In this document: piece after piece, positions 59,852 to 64,000 of the stretch | Layout: every line of letters starts with the position of its first letter | Numbering within the stretch: position 1 is the first letter of the stretch | From: Camelus dromedarius | Lineage: Eukaryota | Direction of reading: 5' to 3' | Assembly: GCF_036321535.1 (NCBI RefSeq) | Contig: NC_087437.1 | Location: 111,850,001 to 111,914,000 of the forward strand | DNA length: 64,000 bases | Program-made: the position numbers and the translations under genes | Notes under the pieces: generated by a model | What the model was told of the DNA's origin: nothing | The model's input: the letters and a program-made list of their open reading frames with translations, nothing else | The model's database searches: none

Positions 59852-62800
59852 CAGAAGGAAGCTGCCGGTCTACCAGTTTCATTAAGCACACAGCGGGAGA
59901 GAACCCTCCTTGGTGACTGCTGGCCACTCTTTGGGGGTTCCAAAGTGGAAAGTTTCCAGAAGAAACTAAGGAGGCTGCTGCTCTAGGCTGACTGGAAGGG
60001 CTGACAGTAATGGAAGAAATTCTACTTGAGCAGGAAATTGAATGGATTAAGTACAGAGTGTGGAGACTCCTTGATGCTTCACTTCCATGATTTGTTGCCC
60101 TCTTTTTGGTCTGATGAAGTGTAACTTATGGCAAATGCTTGAACTAGTGTAAAAACTGTCTTATTGTGGTTGTTCCAAAGAGAAAGTGAACTCATTTCAG
60201 CTCCAAAGATGTAGTCTTGTTCTCTTTTTTTAGTTCATTAAAAAAAAAATGTTAAAAACCACAGAGCAAATAAACATATAAAAAACATTCTATTACATTA
60301 ACTGATGAGGGCTCATTAGATATTGATGTGGTAATGGAAGAAAGTCTTTCTCTCGAAAAACACTAGAAAACTAGAGCAATTGATTTGTAATTACCCAGAT
60401 ATGGATTATCTAATATTTTAAAGAGGAGGGCACCTCCCTGGGGAAATGTATCCATTTATTTATCATTCATCTAGTGAACCCTGTCTACACTCCTGCACTG
60501 TACCAGAAGCTTTAAAGATCAAAAGTGATAAATGTCATCATTCTTGTCTTCAAGGAAGTTATCATATGAATGGGGTGATTATACAAGTTGATTGTGGAAA
60601 ATGTTTGAAGGGAGGTACAAAGAAAATATGCGGGTGATTCAGAAAAGGTAGGACTACCTTTTGGCAGCGAGACTGGACAAGTCTTTGTGGAGAGATTGCT
60701 GCTCTGGGCTTGAATCAATGTCTAGGATTTGAGTAGTCAGATATGGGGGAAAGGACAGTAATAACTCATGGTAGGATTCTTTGGCCAATGGAAGACGTGA
60801 GCTGATAAATAAATGTTTCCTTCTCTTTCACCCAGTACAGTCCTGAAACACACATCATCTCGCTTCTCAGGTCGTCCCCAGGATCAAGCAACTCAAGCAA
60901 TTAAGAACATTGCTGGAGCAAAGATGTGGAGATGGGAGAGCACCAGGACTCTCCAGCTCTTTGCAAGCCAGTGATTCATAGTCAGGAGCAAGCAATTTGA
61001 GACTAGAGAGAACCCACTATTTTTGGTGTTCAGTTTCAGCAAACAAACACATAAATTCTACCACATGAGAATTGTGGAAAATGGACTTTGGTTCAAATCT
61101 CGATTCTGCTACTTTCTTGAACATTATTTTTTTAATTTTTTATTTATTGAAGTTAGTTGATTTCTAATATTGTGTTAGTTTCATGTGTATAGCACAGTGA
61201 TTCACTTGGGTTATTTTTGCAGATTATATTCCATTGTAGTTATTATAATACATTGAACATTATCATTTAACCTTTAGGAGCTTCAGTTTCCTTATCTAGG
61301 AAATGGGGATAGTAATATTTCATCAAAAGGTTGAGGTGAGGATTAAATAAGATGATATATGGAGACAGGACACCTAGGATGGAGAAAGGAAGGGTGACTG
61401 ACCATACACCAGCTTTCCCAAACTTCCAGAAAAATCATGGCTAATGTAATGGTTTGGTGTACTCAAGCTCTGTTCCAACATTTTCTCTCTTGCTTGCCAA
61501 ATCTGCTACAGAGACTGGAAAGCTAAAATACTCACCTTGCAGAGCCTTCAGCTACTATTGCAGCTGAGACTCCACACATGATTTAAGTTTTATTGATCAT
61601 TTATCCTTGATTCAGAACTGAGTCACATGGAGAGAGGACCACGAGAACTCGTTTGGGAATCGAGTTCAGTGGCAGGGAGCAAGGAAGGAGTTCTGAGGAT
61701 CTCTGTTGCTGGCATGGGTCTCAGCAGACCTGGCCTTCCCTGAGAGCTAGTGCTTTTGGGTTGAATTGCTTCCTGGCTGTGGCAGATACATCTAGGATCC
61801 GATGACTGTGGCACTGGCTTCCTGTTGGAGAAGGTGGCCTCTTAATTCAGCAACTGCCAGATTGTGAAAGAGGCAGCAGCTCCCTCCCTGGATGGCCCAA
61901 TTCTCTGGTGACTTTCCGGGTTCAGGAGTCTTTTCAGCCCTCCCACATGATTTAGGAACTTGCTGTATGTCTTTTAAAACTCCTTGCTGTTTAAACCAGC
62001 TAGAGTGAATTCTGTTGTCTGGAACCAGCATGAACCCTGAATAACGTACTAGGGATCAATTCTGGCCGAATCAAGGCAAGTGGAAGTTTGTTGCTCCAGT
62101 CTCTTCTGCTTCTTCTTACTTGAACATAGACACAGACTGGGGGAGTGCTTCCTATCGCTAGGAGGGCAGAGCGGGAACATGAAGGAACCTGGTGCTTTGA
62201 GGACATTGCTGAATCCCTACCACAGCTCTGTACCACCCAGTCTGCAAGATAGAGTTAAGATCATGGTTATTTTAATAACTAACTAGGATAAGCCACATCG
62301 AGTATTGAGCCTAAACTGTGCACAAAGGAGACATTCAATAATGGGAGCTATTAAAATCATTACTTGTTGTCATGTTCTCTATTTATGACCTTGATGCTTT
62401 CCAGGACCTCTTGCTGAGTGGGGGACTGGGATGAAGGCAAAGAGGGTGTGGAGGTAGGTTCCTCCCTGGAAACTTGAAGGCAACAAAACAAAACAAAATA
62501 AAAAACCCCAGCTGCCAAAGAAATATGGCTGGAAATATGGCTAACATGTGCGGCATGTTAAACATTTATCGCTGGTTTTATATCTCTCCATCTTACTAAA
62601 AACTTCATTTCCATTTGCTCTTTCTGTTAGCTGGGTCACACAGTTGAAGCTGATTTAGCAAAGATGAGTGCTGAGAAGACTAATGAAACCATGGGACTGC
62701 CTGTTCTGTTCAGCTGTGGAGTCAAGGGGTGGTAGACAAGTATTTGTTCACTGTGTGCTTGAATTCTACTTTCGTCCTGGACTAATTTTGTTTCTTTCAT

Positions 62801-63564
62801 TCTTTTTAATCACAAGAACAAGGCAGCCTCCTGATAGCATATTCAAATAATACCCAGTGTTTTAAACAAGAGTGAAAATCTATGCTTACCTCTCCAACTT
62901 ATTCTGAAGAAATAATGCTTGAGTCAATCTTCACGGAAGCAAATCTTGCCTTGTCTTTAAACTTCAGCAACTGCTTTGAGTGTTAACATGCTGGCTCCTT
63001 AAACTCTTCTGCAATGAGATCTCAAACCCCACTGCTTCCTACAGTCTTTCTCTATGTGTTATCATCCGAAGTCTCTACTACCACGGGCTTAACCACCTCA
63101 AGATCATGACCAGTATCTTCTAATACCGTTTATTCTGTTCTGGGAAACTTCAGGAATCATGTCAGATTCCTCCTTTCCTTCTCAGCTCCTTCTGTGGCAA
63201 CGTCAGCAACCATGATGCTCACTTCACTGCAGGACACAGACACGCATGTCCTCACCTACCAGCACTGAGGGGGCTCTAGACTTTGTCATCGGTATATGGC
63301 TCCGTTCCACCTTCAGATGCCACTGCTTCCTCTTTATTCTTTCTCCCATGCTCCTGCTCCGCTCTCACAGAAACCTCTATATGTCTGTGCCTTGGTTTTA
63401 TTTTATCTGTTACATCCACTCTTGATTCTCTGATCAGCTGCTTCCATGCCTCCCTCCCCCCACTCTGATGACCCTCCCACCTAGCCGTGGCTGGATGCCC
63501 CAGACCATCCCACCACTGGGTTATTATCTGCACAGTCTGCTTTCTCAGCTCCTGCTCTGAGGAG

Positions 63565-63704
63565 CGGTTGGTTGAATCTGTGGATGTGGAATTGCAGATA
63601 CAGGGGAAACGCAGATACCAAGGATCCACTATAAATTATACTAGAATTTTCTACTGCAAGGAGGGTCAGCACCCCTAAACCCCACATTGTTCAAAGGTCA
63701 ACTG
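63565..63704. mobile_element. TcMar-Tigger family (MER8/Tigger2-like) remnant
   Basis: ggttgaatctgtggatgtggaa...cacccctaaaccccacattgttcaaaggtcaactg terminal sequence. Confidence 0.65.
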
Positions 63705-64000
63705 GACTAAAGTAATTTGTCATAGGACATCATCTTAACAGCAACATTATCCATGATCTTACCTGGATCTGTAAAGAAGTATAGTGCCTACCACTTTATG
63801 ATGGTTACAATACATATAGAAATTAGTCGAGAAGAGCAAAGGTGTGATATGATATAGATGTTGGCCGTAACCCACTCCTGTGTGGCAGTTTCACAGCAGA
63901 CAGGATTCCAGTGTGTGCCTCGGCAAAATTTAAAAACTACCACCTGTCTTGGATTGTGGAGTCATTAACAAATGGTAGGAACCAGGAATATCGAAGCTAC

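Overview
Mammalian genomic DNA, very likely a camelid (three tRNA-derived Vic-1-type SINEs), syntenic with human 21q22.11. The left half holds the complete coding sequence of PAXBP1 (GCFC1/C21orf66) on the minus strand. It has 18 GT-AG exons from ATG 31058 to TAG 722, summing to 2754 nt (917 aa), behind a CpG-island promoter with NRF1 and TCTCGCGAGA motifs. The right half holds EPCIP (C21orf62) on the minus strand: a single 219-aa coding exon at 44972-45631, with probable non-coding upstream exons and promoter near 59.5-59.9 kb. The rest is intronic or intergenic DNA rich in L1, L2/MIR, ERVL/MaLR and DNA-transposon remnants. No prokaryote-style novel system is present. The most interesting signals are (i) a cluster of alternative or unproductive splicing elements around PAXBP1 exon 8 (a 115-nt poison exon, a +17 alternative donor, and a 30/55-nt dual-donor microexon), (ii) RFX X-box motifs and a uORF at EPCIP, and (iii) an L1 that appears to have inserted into the PAXBP1 exon 16 acceptor. 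Gene and repeat identities come from recognition of the sequences, not from database searches, and repeat boundaries are approximate.
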